Shown here: positions 38,486-54,000 of the stretch, piece by piece
Layout of the letters: every line of letters starts with the position of its first letter
How positions within the stretch are numbered: position 1 is the first letter of the stretch
From: Antedon mediterranea
Taxonomy: Eukaryota; Animalia; Echinodermata
NCBI RefSeq assembly: GCF_964355755.1
Contig: NW_027306095.1
Location: 124,001-188,000 of the forward strand
Direction: 5' to 3'
Length of the DNA stretch: 64,000 nucleotides
Notes under the pieces: generated by a model
Database searches by the model: none
The model's input: only the letters and a program-made list of their open reading frames with translations
What the model was told of the DNA's origin: nothing
Translations under genes and position numbers: made by a program

Positions 38486-41400
38486 GATGTTTTTGTGTGA
38501 AAAGTTTCATCGAAATGCACAAAATGGTCTAAAACGTCTGCAAATGCGATTTGAAGCTATTTTGTGCACTTTGTCGTTTTTGTGTGAAAAGTTTCATCGA
38601 AATGCTCAAAATGGTCTAAAACGTCTCCAAATGCGATTTGAAGCAATTTTGTGCACTTTGATGTTTTTGTGTGAAAAGTTTCATCGAAATGCACAAAATG
38701 GTCTCTAAAACGTCTGCAAATGCGATTTGAAGCTATTTTGTGCACTTTGTCGTTTTTGTGTGAAAAGTTTTTTCGAAATGCACAAAATGGTCTAAAACGT
38801 CTCCAAATGCGATTTGAAGCAATTTTGTGCACTTTGATGTTTTGTGTAATCCAGTTTCATCGAAATGTACAAAATTGTCTAAAACGTCTCTAAATGCGAT
38901 TTGAAGCTATTTTGTGCACTTTGTCGTTTTTGTGTGAAAAGTTTTTTCGAAATGCACAAAATGGTCTAAAACGTCTCCAATTGCGATTTGAAGTTATTTT
39001 GTGCACTTTGATGTTTTGTGTGAAAAGTTTTATCGAAATGCTCAAAATGGTCTAAAACGGTTTCAAATGTGATTTTAAGCACTTTGATATTTTTGTATAA
39101 TCAAGTTAAATCGAAATGCACAAAATGGTCTAAAACGTCTGCAAATGCGATTTAAAGCTATTTTGTGCACTTTAATGTTTTGTGTGAAAAGTTTTATCGA
39201 AATTCTCAAAATGGTCTAAAACGGTTTCAAATGTGATTTTAAGCACTTTGATGTTTTTGTGTAATCAAGTTTCATCGAAATGCACTAAATGGTTTAAAAC
39301 GTCTGCAAATGCGATTTGAAGCTATTTTGTGCACTTTGATGTTTTTGTGTGAAAAGTTTCATCGAAATGCACAAAATTGTCTAAAACGTCTCCAAATACG
39401 ATATTAAGCTATTGTATGCACTTTGATGTTTTTGAGTGAAAAGTTTTTTCGAAATGCACAAAATGGTCTAAAACGTCTCCAAATGCGATTTGGAGCTCTT
39501 TTGTGCACTTTGATGTTTTGTGTAAAAAGTTTGCTATTTTGTGCACTTTAATGTTTTGTGTGAAAAGTTTTATCGAAATGCACAAAATGGTCTAAAACGT
39601 CTCGAAATGCGATTTGAAGCTATTTTGTGCACTTTGATGTTTTTGTGTGAAAAGTTTCATCGAAATGCACAAAATGGTCTAAAACGTCTCTAAATGCGAT
39701 TTGAAGCTATTTTGTGCACTTTGATGTTTTTTTGTGAAAAGTTTCATCGAAATGCACAAAATGGTCTAAAACGTCTCTAAATGCGATTTGAAGCTATTTT
39801 GTGCACTTTGATGTTTTTTTGTGAAAAGTTTCATCGAAATGCACAAAATTGTCTAAAACGTCTCTAAATGCGATTTGAAGCTATTTTGTGCACTTTGTCG
39901 TTTTTGTGTGAAAAGTTTCATCGAAATGCACAAAATGGTCTAAAACGTCTGCAAATGCGATTTGAAGCTATTTTGTGCACTTTGTCGTTTTTGTGTGAAA
40001 AGTTTTTTCGAAATGCACAAAATGGTCTAAAACGTCTCCAATTGCGATTTGAAGTTATTTTGTGCACTTTGATGTTTTGTGTGAAAAGTTTTATCGAAAT
40101 GCTCAAAATGGTCTAAAACGGTTTCAAATGTGATTTTAAGCACTTTGATATTTTTGTGTAATCAAGTTTCATCGAAATGCACAAAATGGTCTAAAACGTC
40201 TGCAAATGCGATTTAAAGCTATTTTGTGCACTTTAATGTTTTGTGTGAAAAGTTTTATCGAAATTCTCAAAATGGTCTAAAACGGTTTCAAATGTGATTT
40301 TAAGCACTTTGATGTTTTTGTGTAATCAAGTTTCATTGAAAATCACTAAAAGGTCTAGAACCTCTGCAAATGCAATTTAAAGCTATTTTGTGCACTTTAA
40401 TGTTTTCTGTGAAAAGTTTTATCGAAATTCTCAAAATGGTCTAAAACGGTTTCAAATGTGATTTTAAGCACTTTGATGTTTTTGTGTAATCAAGTTTTTT
40501 CGAAATGCACAACATGGTCTAAAACGTCTCCAAATGCGATTTGAAGCTATTTTGTGCACTTTGATGTTTTTGTGTGAAAAGTTTCAATGAAATGCACAAA
40601 ATGGTCTAAAACGTCTCTAAATGCGATTTGAAGCTATTTTGTGCACTTTGTCGTTTTTGTGTGAAAAGTTTCATCGAAATGCTCAAAATGGTCTAAAACG
40701 TCTCCAAATGCGATTTGAAGCTATTTTGTGCACTTTGATGTTTTTTTCTGAAAAGTTTCATCGAAATGCACAAAATGGTCTAAAACGTCTCTAAATGCGA
40801 TTTGAAGCTATTTTGTGCACTTTGATGTTTTTGTGTGAAAAGTTTCATCGAAATGCACAAAATGGTCTAAAACGTCTCTAAATGCGATTTGAAGCTATTT
40901 TGTGCACTTTGATGTTTTTTTGTGAAAAGTTTCATCGAAATGCACAAAATGGTCTAAAACGTCTCTAAATGCGATTTGAAGCTATTTTGTGCACTTTGTC
41001 GTTTTTGTGTGAAAAGTTTCATCGAAATGCTCAAAATGGTCTAAAACGTCTCCAAATGCGATTTGAAGCAATTTTGTGCACTTTGATGTTTTTGTGTGAA
41101 AAGTTTCATCGAAATGCACAAAATGGTCTAAAACGTCTCCAAATGCGATTTGAAGTTATTTTGTGCACTTTGATGTTTTGTGTGAAAAGTTTTATCGAAA
41201 TGCTCAAAATGGTCTAAAACGGTTTCAAATGTGATTTTAAGCACTTTGATATTTTTGTGTAATCAAGTTTCATCGAAATGCTCAAAATGGTCTAAAACGT
41301 CTCCAAATGCGATTTGAAGCTATTTTGTGCACTTTGATGTTTTTTTGTGAAAAGTTTCATCGAAATGCACAAAATGGTCTAAAACGTCTCTAAATGCGAT

Positions 41401-44400
41401 TTGAAGCTATTTTGTGCACTTTGATGTTTTTGTGTGAAAAGTTTCATCGAAATGCACAAAATGGTCTAAAACGTCTCTAAATGCGATTTGAAGCTATTTT
41501 GTGCACTTTGATGTTTTTTTGTGAAAAGTTTCATCGAAATGCACAAAATGGTCTAAAACGTCTCTAAATGCGATTTGAAGCTATTTTGTGCACTTTGATG
41601 TTTTTTTGTGAAAAGTTTCATCGAAATGCACAAAATTGTCTAAAACGTCTCTAAATGCGATTTGAAGCTATTTTGTGCACTTTGTCGTTTTTGTGTGAAA
41701 AGTTTCATCGAAATGCTCAAAATGGTCTAAAACGTCTCCAAATGCGATTTGAAGCAATTTTGTGCACTTTGATGTTTTTGTGTGAAAAGTTTCATCGAAA
41801 TGCACAAAATGGTCTAAAACGTCTGCAAATGCGATTTGAAGCTATTTTGTGCACTTTGTCGTTTTTGTGTGAAAAGTTTTTTCGAAATGCACAAAATGGT
41901 CTAAAACGTCTCCAATTGCGATTTGAAGTTATTTTGTGCACTTTGATGTTTTGTGTGAAAAGTTTTATCGAAATGCTCAAATTGGTCTAAAACGGTTTCA
42001 AATGTGATTTTAAGCACTTTGATATTTTTGTGTAATCAAGTTTCATCGAAATGCACAAAATGGTCTAAAACGTCTGCAAATGCGATTTAAAGCTATTTTG
42101 TGCACTTTAATATTTTGTGTGAAAAGTTTTATCGAAATTCTCAAAATGGTCTAAAACGGTTTCAAATGTGATTTTAAGCACTTTGATGTTTTTGTGTAAT
42201 CAAGTTTCATCGAAATGCACAAAATGGTTTAAAACGTCTGCAAATGCGATTTGAAGCTATTTTGTGCACTTTGATGTTTTTGTGTGAAAAGTTTCCTCGA
42301 AATGCACAAAATTGTCTAAAACGTCTCCAAATACGATATTAAGCTATTTTGTGCACTTTGATGTTTTTGTGTGAAAAGTTTCATCGAAATGCACAAAATG
42401 GTCTAAAACGTCTGCAAATGCGATTTGAAGCTATTTTGTGCACTTTGTCGTTTTTGTGTGAAAAGTTTCATCGAAATGCTCAAAATGGTCTAAAACGTCT
42501 CCAAATGCGATTTGAAGCAATTTTGTGCACTTTGATGTTTTTGTGTGAAAAGTTTCATCGAAATGCACAAAATGGTCTCTAAAACGTCTGCAAATGCGAT
42601 TTGAAGCTATTTTGTGCACTTTGTCGTTTTTGTGTGAAAAGTTTTTTCGAAATGCACAAAATGGTCTAAAACGTCTCCAAATGCGATTTGAAGCAATTTT
42701 GTGCACTTTGATGTTTTGTGTAATCCAGTTTCATCGAAATGTACAAAATTGTCTAAAACGTCTCTAAATGCGATTTGAAGCTATTTTGTGCACTTTGTCG
42801 TTTTTGTGTGAAAAGTTTTTTCGAAATGCACAAAATGGTCTAAAACGTCTCCAATTGCGATTTGAAGTTATTTTGTGCACTTTGATGTTTTGTGTGAAAA
42901 GTTTTATCGAAATGCTCAAAATGGTCTAAAACGGTTTCAAATGTGATTTTAAGCACTTTGATATTTTTGTATAATCAAGTTAAATCGAAATGCACAAAAT
43001 GGTCTAAAACGTCTGCAAATGCGATTTAAAGCTATTTTGTGCACTTTAATGTTTTGTGTGAAAAGTTTTATCGAAATTCTCAAAATGGTCTAAAACGGTT
43101 TCAAATGTGATTTTAAGCACTTTGATGTTTTTGTGTAATCAAGTTTCATCGAAATGCACTAAATGGTTTAAAACGTCTGCAAATGCGATTTGAAGCTATT
43201 TTGTGCACTTTGATGTTTTTGTGTGAAAAGTTTCATCGAAATGCACAAAATTGTCTAAAACGTCTCCAAATACGATATTAAGCTATTGTATGCACTTTGA
43301 TGTTTTTGAGTGAAAAGTTTTTTCGAAATGCACAAAATGGTCTAAAACGTCTCCAAATGCGATTTGGAGCTCTTTTGTGCACTTTGATGTTTTGTGTAAA
43401 AAGTTTGCTATTTTGTGCACTTTAATGTTTTGTGTGAAAAGTTTTATCGAAATGCACAAAATGGTCTAAAACGTCTCTAAATGCGATTTGAAGCTATTTT
43501 GTGCACTTTGATGTTTTTGTGTGAAAAGTTTCATCGAAATGCACAAAATGGTCTAAAACGTCTCTAAATGCGATTTGAAGCTATTTTGTGCACTTTGATG
43601 TTTTTTTGTGAAAAGTTTCATCGAAATGCACAAAATGGTCTAAAACGTCTCTAAATGCGATTTGAAGCTATTTTGTGCACTTTGATGTTTTTTTGTGAAA
43701 AGTTTCATCGAAATGCACAAAATTGTCTAAAACGTCTCTAAATGCGATTTGAAGCTATTTTGTGCACTTTGTCGTTTTTGTGTGAAAAGTTTCATCGAAA
43801 TGCACAAAATGGTCTAAAACGTCTGCAAATGCGATTTGAAGCTATTTTGTGCACTTTGTCGTTTTTGTGTGAAAAGTTTTTTCGAAATGCACAAAATGGT
43901 CTAAAACGTCTCCAATTGCGATTTGAAGTTATTTTGTGCACTTTGATGTTTTGTGTGAAAAGTTTTATCGAAATGCTCAAAATGGTCTAAAACGGTTTCA
44001 AATGTGATTTTAAGCACTTTGATATTTTTGTGTAATCAAGTTTCATCGAAATGCACAAAATGGTCTAAAACGTCTGCAAATGCGATTTAAAGCTATTTTG
44101 TGCACTTTAATGTTTTGTGTGAAAAGTTTTATCGAAATTCTCAAAATGGTCTAAAACGGTTTCAAATGTGATTTTAAGCACTTTGATGTTTTTGTGTAAT
44201 CAAGTTTCATTGAAAATCACTAAAAGGTCTAGAACCTCTGCAAATGCAATTTAAAGCTATTTTGTGCACTTTAATGTTTTCTGTGAAAAGTTTTATCGAA
44301 ATTCTCAAAATGGTCTAAAACGGTTTCAAATGTGATTTTAAGCACTTTGATGTTTTTGTGTAATCAAGTTTTTTCGAAATGCACAACATGGTCTAAAACG

Positions 44401-45000
44401 TCTCCAAATGCGATTTGAAGCTATTTTGTGCACTTTGATGTTTTTGTGTGAAAAGTTTCAATGAAATGCACAAAATGGTCTAAAACGTCTCTAAATGCGA
44501 TTTGAAGCTATTTTGTGCACTTTGTCGTTTTTGTGTGAAAAGTTTCATCGAAATGCTCAAAATGGTCTAAAACGTCTCCAAATGCGATTTGAAGCTATTT
44601 TGTGCACTTTGATGTTTTTTTCTGAAAAGTTTCATCGAAATGCACAAAATGGTCTAAAACGTCTCTAAATGCGATTTGAAGCTATTTTGTGCACTTTGAT
44701 GTTTTTGTGTGAAAAGTTTCATCGAAATGCACAAAATGGTCTAAAACGTCTCTAAATGCGATTTGAAGCTATTTTGTGCACTTTGATGTTTTTTTGTGAA
44801 AAGTTTCATCGAAATGCACAAAATGGTCTAAAACGTCTCTAAATGCGATTTGAAGCTATTTTGTGCACTTTGTCGTTTTTGTGTGAAAAGTTTCATCGAA
44901 ATGCTCAAAATGGTCTAAAACGTCTCCAAATGCGATTTGAAGCAATTTTGTGCACTTTGATGTTTTTGTGTGAAAAGTTTCATCGAAATGCACAAAATGG
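37250..45000 (+). repeat. Tandem duplication with 3874 bp unit
   Basis: ORF pairs 37781/41655, 38475/42349, 39868/43742 and 40969/44843 are all offset 3874; private variant CATTGAAAATCACTAAAAGGTCTAGAACCTC at 40334 and 44208. Confidence 0.9.
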
Positions 45001-48000
45001 TCTAAAACGTCTGCAAATGCGATTTGAAGCTATTTTGTGCACTTTGATGTTTTTTTGTGAAAAGTTTCATCGAAAGGCACAAAATTGTCTAAAACGTCTC
45101 TAAATGCGATTTGAAGCTATTTTGTGCACTTTGTCGTTTTTGTGTGAAAAGTTTCATCGAAATTCCCAAAATGGTCTAAAACATCTCCAAATGCGATTTG
45201 AAGCAATTTTGTGCACTTTGATGTTTTTGTGTGAAAAGTTTCATCGAAATGCACAAAATGGTCTAAAACGTCTGCAAATGCGATTTGAAGCTATTTTGTG
45301 CACTTTGTCGTTTTTGTACGAAAAGTTTTTTCGAAATGCACAAAATGGTCTAAAACGTCTCCAAATGCGATTTGAAGCAATTTTGTGCACTTTGATGTTT
45401 TGTGTAATCCAGTTTCATCGAAATGTACAAAATTGTCTAAAACGTCTCTAAATGCGATTTGAAGCTATTTTGTGCACTTTGTCGTTTTTGTGTGAAAAGT
45501 TTTTTCGAAATGCACAAAATGGTCTAAAACGTCTCCAAATGCGATTTGAAGCAATTTTGTGCACTTTGATGTTTTGTGTAATCCAGTTTCATCGAAATGT
45601 ACAAAATTGTCTAAAACGTCTCTAAATGCGATTTGAAGCTATTTTGTGCACTTTGTCGTTTTTGTGTGAAAAGTTTTTTCGAAATGCACAAAATGGTCTA
45701 AAACGTCTCCAATTGCGATTTGAAGTTATTTTGTGCACTTTGATGTTATGTGTGAAAAGTTTTATCGAAATGCTCAAAATGGTCTAAAACGGTTTCAAAT
45801 GTGATTTTAAGCACTTTGATATTTTTGTGTAATCAAGTTTCATCGAAATGCACAAAATGGTCTAAAACGTCTGCAAATGCGATTTAAAGCTATTTTGTGC
45901 ACTTTAATGTTTTGTGTGAAAAGTTTTATCGAAATTCTCAAAATGGTCTAAAACGGTTTCAAATGTGATTTTAAGCACTTTGATGTTTTTGTGTAATCAA
46001 GTTTCATCGAAATGCACAAAATGGTTTAAAACGTCTGCAAATGCGATTTGAAGCTATTTTGTGCACTTTGATGTTTTTGTGTGAAAAGTTTCATCGAAAT
46101 GCACAAAATTGTCTAAAACGTCTCCAAATACGATATTAAGCTATTTTGTGCACTTTGATGTTTTTGTGTGAAAAGTTTCATCGAAATGCACAAAATGGTC
46201 TAAAACGTCTGCAAATGCGATTTGAAGCTATTTTGTGCACTTTGTCGTTTTTGTGTGAAAAGTTTCATCGAAATGCTCAAAATGGTCTAAAACGTCTCCA
46301 AATGCGATTTGAAGCAATTTTGTGCACTTTGATGTTTTTGTGTGAAAAGTTTCATCGAAATGCACAAAATGGTCTCTAAAACGTCTGCAAATGCGATTTG
46401 AAGCTATTTTGTGCACTTTGTCGTTTTTGTGTGAAAAGTTTTTTCGAAATGCACAAAATGGTCTAAAACGTCTCCAAATGCGATTTGAAGCAATTTTGTG
46501 CACTTTGATGTTTTGTGTAATCCAGTTTCATCGAAATGTACAAAATTGTCTAAAACGTCTCTAAATGCGATTTGAAGCTATTTTGTGCACTTTGTCGTTT
46601 TTGTGTGAAAAGTTTTTTCGAAATGCACAAAATGGTCTAAAACGTCTCCAATTGCGATTTGAAGTTATTTTGTGCACTTTGATGTTTTGTGTGAAAAGTT
46701 TTATCGAAATGCTCAAAATGGTCTAAAACGGTTTCAAATGTGATTTTAAGCACTTTGATATTTTTGTATAATCAAGTTAAATCGAAATGCACAAAATGGT
46801 CTAAAACGTCTGCAAATGCGATTTAAAGCTATTTTGTGCACTTTAATGTTTTGTGTGAAAAGTTTTATCGAAATTCTCAAAATGGTCTAAAACGGTTTTA
46901 AATGTGATTTTAAGCACTTTGATGTTTTTGTGTAATCAAGTTTCATCGAAATGCACTAAATGGTTTAAAACGTCTGCAAATGCGATTTGAAGCTATTTTG
47001 TGCACTTTGATGTTTTTGTGTGAAAAGTTTCATCGAAATGCACAAAATTGTCTAAAACGTCTCCAAATACGATATTAAGCTATTGTATGCACTTTGATGT
47101 TTTTGAGTGAAAAGTTTTTTCGAAATGCACAAAATGGTCTAAAACGTCTCCAAATGCAATTTGGAGCTCTTTTGTGCACTTTGATGTTTTGTGTAAAAAG
47201 TTTGCTATTTTGTGCACTTTAATGTTTTGTGTGAAAAGTTTTATCGAAATGCTCAAAATTGTCTAAAACGGTTTCAAATGTGATTTTAAGCACTTTGATA
47301 TTTTTGTGTAATCAAGTTTTTTCGAAATGCACAACATGGTCTAAAACGTCTCCAAATGCGATTTGAAGCTATTTTGTGCACTTTGATGTTTTTGTGTGAA
47401 AAGTTTATTCGAAATGCACAAAATGGTCTAAAACGTCTCCAAATGCGATTTGAAGTTATTTTGTGCACTTTGATGTTTTGTGTGAAAAGTTTTATCGAAA
47501 TGCTCAAAATGGTCTAAAACGGTTTCAAATGTGATTTTAAGCACTTTGATATTTTTGTGTAATCAAGTTTCATCGAAATGCTCAAAATGGTCTAAAACGT
47601 CTCCAAATGCGATTTGAAGCTATTTTGTGCACTTTGATGTTTTTTTGTGAAAAGTTTCATCGAAATGCACAAAATGGTCTAAAACGTCTCTAAATGCGAT
47701 TTGAAGCTATTTTGTGCACTTTGATGTTTTTGTGTGAAAAGTTTCATCGAAATGCACAAAATGGTCTAAAACGTCTCTAAATGCGATTTGAAGCTATTTT
47801 GTTCACTTTGATGTTTTTTTGTGAAAAGTTTCATCGAAATGCACAAAATGGTCTAAAACGTCTCTAAATGCGATTTGAAGCTATTTTGTGCACTTTGATG
47901 TTTTTTTGTGAAAAGTTTCATCGAAATGCACAAAATTGTCTAAAACGTCTCTAAATGCGATTTGAAGCTATTTTGTGCACTTTGTCGTTTTTGTGTGAAA

Positions 48001-51000
48001 AGTTTCATCGAAATGCACAAAATGGTCTAAAACGTCTGCAAATGCGATTTGAAGCTATTTTGTGCACTTTGTCGTTTTTGTGTGAAAAGTTTTTTCGAAA
48101 TGCACAAAATGGTCTAAAACGTCTCCAATTGCGATTTGAAGTTATTTTGTGCACTTTGATGTTTTGTGTGAAAAGTTTTATCGAAATGCTCAAAATGGTC
48201 TAAAACGGTTTCAAATGTGATTTTAAGCACTTTGATATTTTTGTGTAATCAAGTTTCATCGAAATGCACAAAATGGTCTAAAACGTCTGCAAATGCGATT
48301 TAAAGCTATTTTGTGCACTTTAATGTTTTGTGTGAAAAGTTTTATCGAAATTCTCAAAATGGTCTAAAACGGTTTCAAATGTGATTTTAAGCACTTTGAT
48401 GTTTTTGTGTAATCAAGTTTCATCGAAATGCACAAAATGGTTTAAAACGTCTGCAAATGCGATTTGAAGCTATTTTGTGCACTTTGATGTTTTTGTGTGA
48501 AAAGTTTCATCGAAATGCACAAAATTGTCTAAAACGTCTCCAAATACGATATTAAGCTATTTTGTGCACTTTGATGTTTTTGTGTGAAAAGTTTCATCGA
48601 AATGCACAAAATGGTCTAAAACGTCTGCAAATGCGATTTGAAGCTATTTTGTGCACTTTGTCGTTTTTGTGTGAAAAGTTTCATCGAAATGCTCAAAATG
48701 GTCTAAAACGTCTCCAAATGCGATTTGAAGCAATTTTGTGCACTTTGATGTTTTTGTGTGAAAAGTTTCATCGAAATGCACAAAATGGTCTCTAAAACGT
48801 CTGCAAATGCGATTTGAAGCTATTTTGTGCACTTTGTCGTTTTTGTGTGAAAAGTTTTTTCGAAATGCACAAAATGGTCTAAAACGTCTCCAAATGCGAT
48901 TTGAAACAATTTTGTGCACTTTGATGTTTTGTGTAATCCAGTTTCATCGAAATGTACAAAATTGTCTAAAACGTCTCTAAATGCGATTTGAAGCTATTTT
49001 GTGCACTTTGTCGTTTTTGTGTGAAAAGTTTTTTCGAAATGCACAAAATGGTCTAAAACGTCTCCAATTGCGATTTGAAGTTATTTTGTGCACTTTGATG
49101 TTTTGTGTGAAAAGTTTTATCGAAATGCTCAAAATGGTCTAAAACGGTTTCAAATGTGATTTTAAGCACTTTGATATTTTTGTATAATCAAGTTAAATCG
49201 AAATGCACAAAATTGTCTAAAACGTCTGCAAATGCGATTTAAAGCTATTTTGTGCACTTTAATGTTTTGTGTGAAAAGTTTTATCGAAATTCTCAAAATG
49301 GTCTAAAACGGTTTCAAATGTGATTTTAAGCACTTTGATGTTTTTGTGTAATCAAGTTTCATCGAAAAGCACAAAATGGTTTAAAACGTCTGCAAATGCG
49401 ATTTGAAGCTATTTTGTGCACTTTGATGTTTTTGTGTGAAAAGTTTCATCGAAATGCACAAAATTGTCTAAAACGTTTCCAAATACGATATTAAGCTATT
49501 GTATGCACTTTGATATTTTTGAGTGAAAAGTTTTTTCGAAATGCACAAAATGGTCTAAAACGTCTCCAAATGCGATTTAAAGCTATTTTGTGCACTTTGA
49601 TGTTTTTTTCTGAAAAGTTTCATCGAAATGCACAAAATGGTCTAAAACGTCTCTAAATGCGATTTGAAGCTATTTTGTGCACTTTGATGTTTTTGTGTGA
49701 AAAGTTTCATCGAAATGCACAAAATGGTCTAAAACGTCTCTAAATGCGATTTGAAGCTATTTTGTGCACTTTGATGTTTTTTTGTGAAAAGTTTCATCGA
49801 AATGCACAAAATGGTCTAAAACGTCTCTAAATGCGATTTGAAGCTATTTCGTGCACTTTGTCGTTTTTGTGTGAAAAGTTTCATGGAAATGCACAAAATG
49901 GTCTAAAACGTCTCCAAATGCGATTTGAAGCAATTTTGTGCACTTTGAGGTTTTTGTGTGAAAAGTTTCATCGAAATGCACAAAATGTTCTAAAACGTCT
50001 GCAAATGCGATTTGAAGCTATTTTGTGCACTTTGATGTTTTTTTGTGAAAAGTTTCATCGAAATGCACAAAATTGTCTAAAACGTCTCTAAATGCGATTT
50101 GAAGCTATTTTGTGCACTTTGATGTTTTTTTGTGAAAAGTTTCATCGAAATGCACAAAATGGTCTAAAACGTCTCTAAATGCGATTTGAAGCTATTTTGT
50201 GCACTTTGATGTTTTTTTGTGAAAAGTTTCATCGAAATGCACAAAATGGTCTAAAACGTCTCTAAATGCGATTTGAAGCTATTTTGTGCACTTTGTCGTT
50301 TTTGTGTGAAAAGTTTCATCGAAATGCTCAAAATGGTCTAAAACGTCTCCAAATGCGATTTGAAGCAATTTTGTGCACTTTGATGTTTTTGTGTGAAAAG
50401 TTTCATCGAAATGCACAAAATGGTCTAAAACGTCTGCAAATGCGATTTGAAGCTATTTTGTGCACTTTGATGTTTTTTTGTGAAAAGTTTCATCGAAAGG
50501 CACAAAATTGTCTAAAACGTCTCTAAATGCGATTTGAAGCTATTTTGTGCACTTTGTCGTTTTTGTGTGAAAAGTTTCATCGAAATTCCCAAAATGGTCT
50601 AAAACATCTCCAAATGCGATTTGAAGCAATTTTGTGCACTTTGATGTTTTTGTGTGAAAAGTTTCATCGAAATGCACAAAATGGTCTAAAACGTCTGCAA
50701 ATGCGATTTGAAGCTATTTTGTGCACTTTGTCGTTTTTGTGTGAAAAGTTTTTTCGAAATGCACAAAATGGTCTAAAACGTCTCCAAATGCGATTTGAAG
50801 CAATTTTGTGCACTTTGATGTTTTGTGTAATCCAGTTTCATCGAAATGTACAAAATTGTCTAAAACGTCTCTAAATGCGATTTGAAGCTATTTTGTGCAC
50901 TTTGTCGTTTTTGTGTGAAAAGTTTTTTAGAAATGCACAAAATGGTCTAAAACGTCTCCAAATGCGATTTGAAGCAATTTTGTGCACTTTGATGTTTTGT

Positions 51001-54000
51001 GTAATCCAGTTTCATCGAAATGTACAAAATTGTCTAAAACGTCTCTAAATGCGATTTGAAGCTATTTTGTGCACTTTGTCGTTTTTGTGTGAAAAGTTTT
51101 TTCGAAATGCACAAAATGGTCTAAAACGTCTCCAATTGCGATTTGAAGTTATTTTGTGCACTTTGATGTTTTGTGTGAAAAGTTTTATCGAAATGCTCAA
51201 AATGGTCTAAAACGGTTTCAAATGTGATTTTAAGCACTTTGATATTTTTGTGTAATCAAGTTTCATCGAAATTCACAAAATGGTCTAAAACGTCTGCAAA
51301 TGCGATTTAAAGCTATTTTGTGCACTTTAATGTTTTGTGTGAAAAGTTTTATCGAAATTCTCAAAATGGTCTAAAACGGTTTCAAATGTGATTTTAAGCA
51401 CTTTGATGTTTTTGTGTAATCAAGTTTCATCGAAATGCACAAAATGGTTTAAAACGTCTGCAAATGCGATTTGAAGCTATTTTGTGCACTTTGATGTTTT
51501 TGTGTGAAAAGTTTCATCGAAATGCACAAAATTGTCTAAAACGTCTCCAAATACGATATTAAGCTATTTTGTGCACTTTGATGTTTTTGTGTGAAAAGTT
51601 TCATCGAAATGCACAAAATGGTCTAAAACGTCTGCAAATGCGATTTGAAGCTATTTTGTGCACTTTGTCGTTTTTGTGTGAAAAGTTTCATCGAAATGCT
51701 CAAAATGGTCTAAAACGTCTCCAAATGCGATTTGAAGCAATTTTGTGCACTTTGATGTTTTTGTGTGAAAAGTTTCATCGAAATGCACAAAATGGTCTCT
51801 AAAACGTCTGCAAATGCGATTTGAAGCTATTTTGTGCACTTTGTCGTTTTTGTGTGAAAAGTTTTTTCGAAATGCACAAAATGGTCTAAAACGTCTCCAA
51901 ATGCGATTTGAAGCAATTTTGTGCACTTTGATGTTTTGTGTAATCCATTTTCATCGAAATGTACAAAATTGTCTAAAACGTCTCTAAATGCGATTTGAAG
52001 CTATTTTGTGCACTTTGTCGTTTTTGTGTGAAAAGTTTTTTCGAAATGCACAAAATGGTCTAAAACGTCTCCAATTGCGATTTGAAGTTATTTTGTGCAC
52101 TTTGATGTTTTGTGTGAAAAGTTTTATCGAAATGCTCAAAATGGTCTAAAACGGTTTCAAATGTGATTTTAAGCACTTTGATATTTTTGTATAATCAAGT
52201 TAAATCGAAATGCACAAAATGGTCTAAAACGTCTGCAAATGCGATTTAAAGCTATTTTGTGCACTTTAATGTTTTGTGTGAAAAGTTTTATCGAAATTCT
52301 CAAAATGGTCTAAAACGGTTTCAAATGTGATTTTAAGCACTTAGATGTTTTTGTGTAATCAAGTTTCATCGAAATGCACTAAATGGTTTAAAACGTCTGC
52401 AAATGCGATTTGAAGCTATTTTGTGCACTTTGATGTTTTTGTGTGAAAAGTTTCATCGAAATGCACAAAATTGTCTAAAACGTCTCCAAATACGATATTA
52501 AGCTATTGTATGCACTTTGATGTTTTTGAGTGAAAAGTTTTTTCGAAATGCACAAAATGGTCTAAAACGTCTCCAAATGCGATTTGGAGCTCTTTTGTGC
52601 ACTTTGATGTTTTGTGTAAAAAGTTTGCTATTTTGTGCACTTTAATGTTTTGTGTGAAAAGTTTTATCGAAATGCTCAAAATTGTCTAAAACGGTTTCAA
52701 ATGTGATTTTAAGCACTTTGATATTTTTGTGTAATCAAGTTTTTTCGAAATGCACAACATGGTCTAAAACGTCTCCAAATGCGATTTGAAGCTATTTTGT
52801 GCACTTTGATGTTTTTGTGTGAAAAGTTTATTCGAAATGCACAAAATGGTCTAAAACGTCTCCAAATGCGATTTGAAGTTATTTTGTGCACTTTGATGTT
52901 TTGTGTGAAAAGTTTTATCGAAATGCTCAAAATGGTCTAAAACGGTTTCAAATGTGATTTTAAGCACTTTGATATTTTTGTGTAATCAAGTTTCATCGAA
53001 ATGCTCAAAATGGTCTAAAACGTCTCCAAATGCGATTTGAAGCTATTTTGTGCACTTTGATGTTTTTTTGTGAAAAGTTTCATCGAAATGCACAAAATGG
53101 TCTAAAACGTCTCTAAATGCGATTTGAAGCTATTTTGTGCACTTTGATGTTTTTGTGTGAAAAGTTTCATCGAAATGCACAAAATGGTCTAAAACGTCTC
53201 TAAATGCGATTTGAAGCTATTTTGTGCACTTTGATGTTTTTTTGTGAAAAGTTTCATCGAAATGCACAAAATGGTCTAAAACGTCTCTAAATGCGATTTG
53301 AAGCTATTTTGTGCACTTTGATGTTTTTTTGTGAAAAGTTTCATCGAAATGCACAAAATTGTCTAAAACGTCTCTAAATGCGATTTGAAGCTATTTTGTG
53401 CACTTTGTCGTTTTTGTGTGAAAAGTTTCATCGAAATGCTCAAAATGGTCTAAAACGTCTCCAAATGCGATTTGAAGCAATTTTGTGCACTTTGATGTTT
53501 TTGTGTGAAAAGTTTCATCGAAATGCACAAAATGGTCTAAAACGTCTGCAAATGCGATTTGAAGCTATTTTGTGCACTTTGTCGTTTTTGTGTGAAAAGT
53601 TTTTTCGAAATGCACAAAATGGTCTAAAACGTCTCCAATTGCGATTTGAAGTTATTTTGTGCACTTTGATGTTTTGTGTGAAAAGTTTTATCGAAATGCT
53701 CAAAATGGTCTAAAACGGTTTCAAATGTGATTTTAAGCACTTTGATATTTTTGTGTAATCAAGTTTCATCGAAATGCACAAAATGGTCTAAAACGTCTGC
53801 AAATGCGATTTAAAGCTATTTTGTGCACTTTAATGTTTTGTGTGAAAAGTTTTATCGAAATTCTCAAAATGGTCTAAAACGGTTTCAAATGTGATTTTAA
53901 GCACTTTGATGTTTTTGTGTAATCAAGTTTCATCGAAATGCACAAAATGGTTTAAAACGTCTGCAAATGCGATTTGAAGCTATTTTGTGCACTTTGATGT

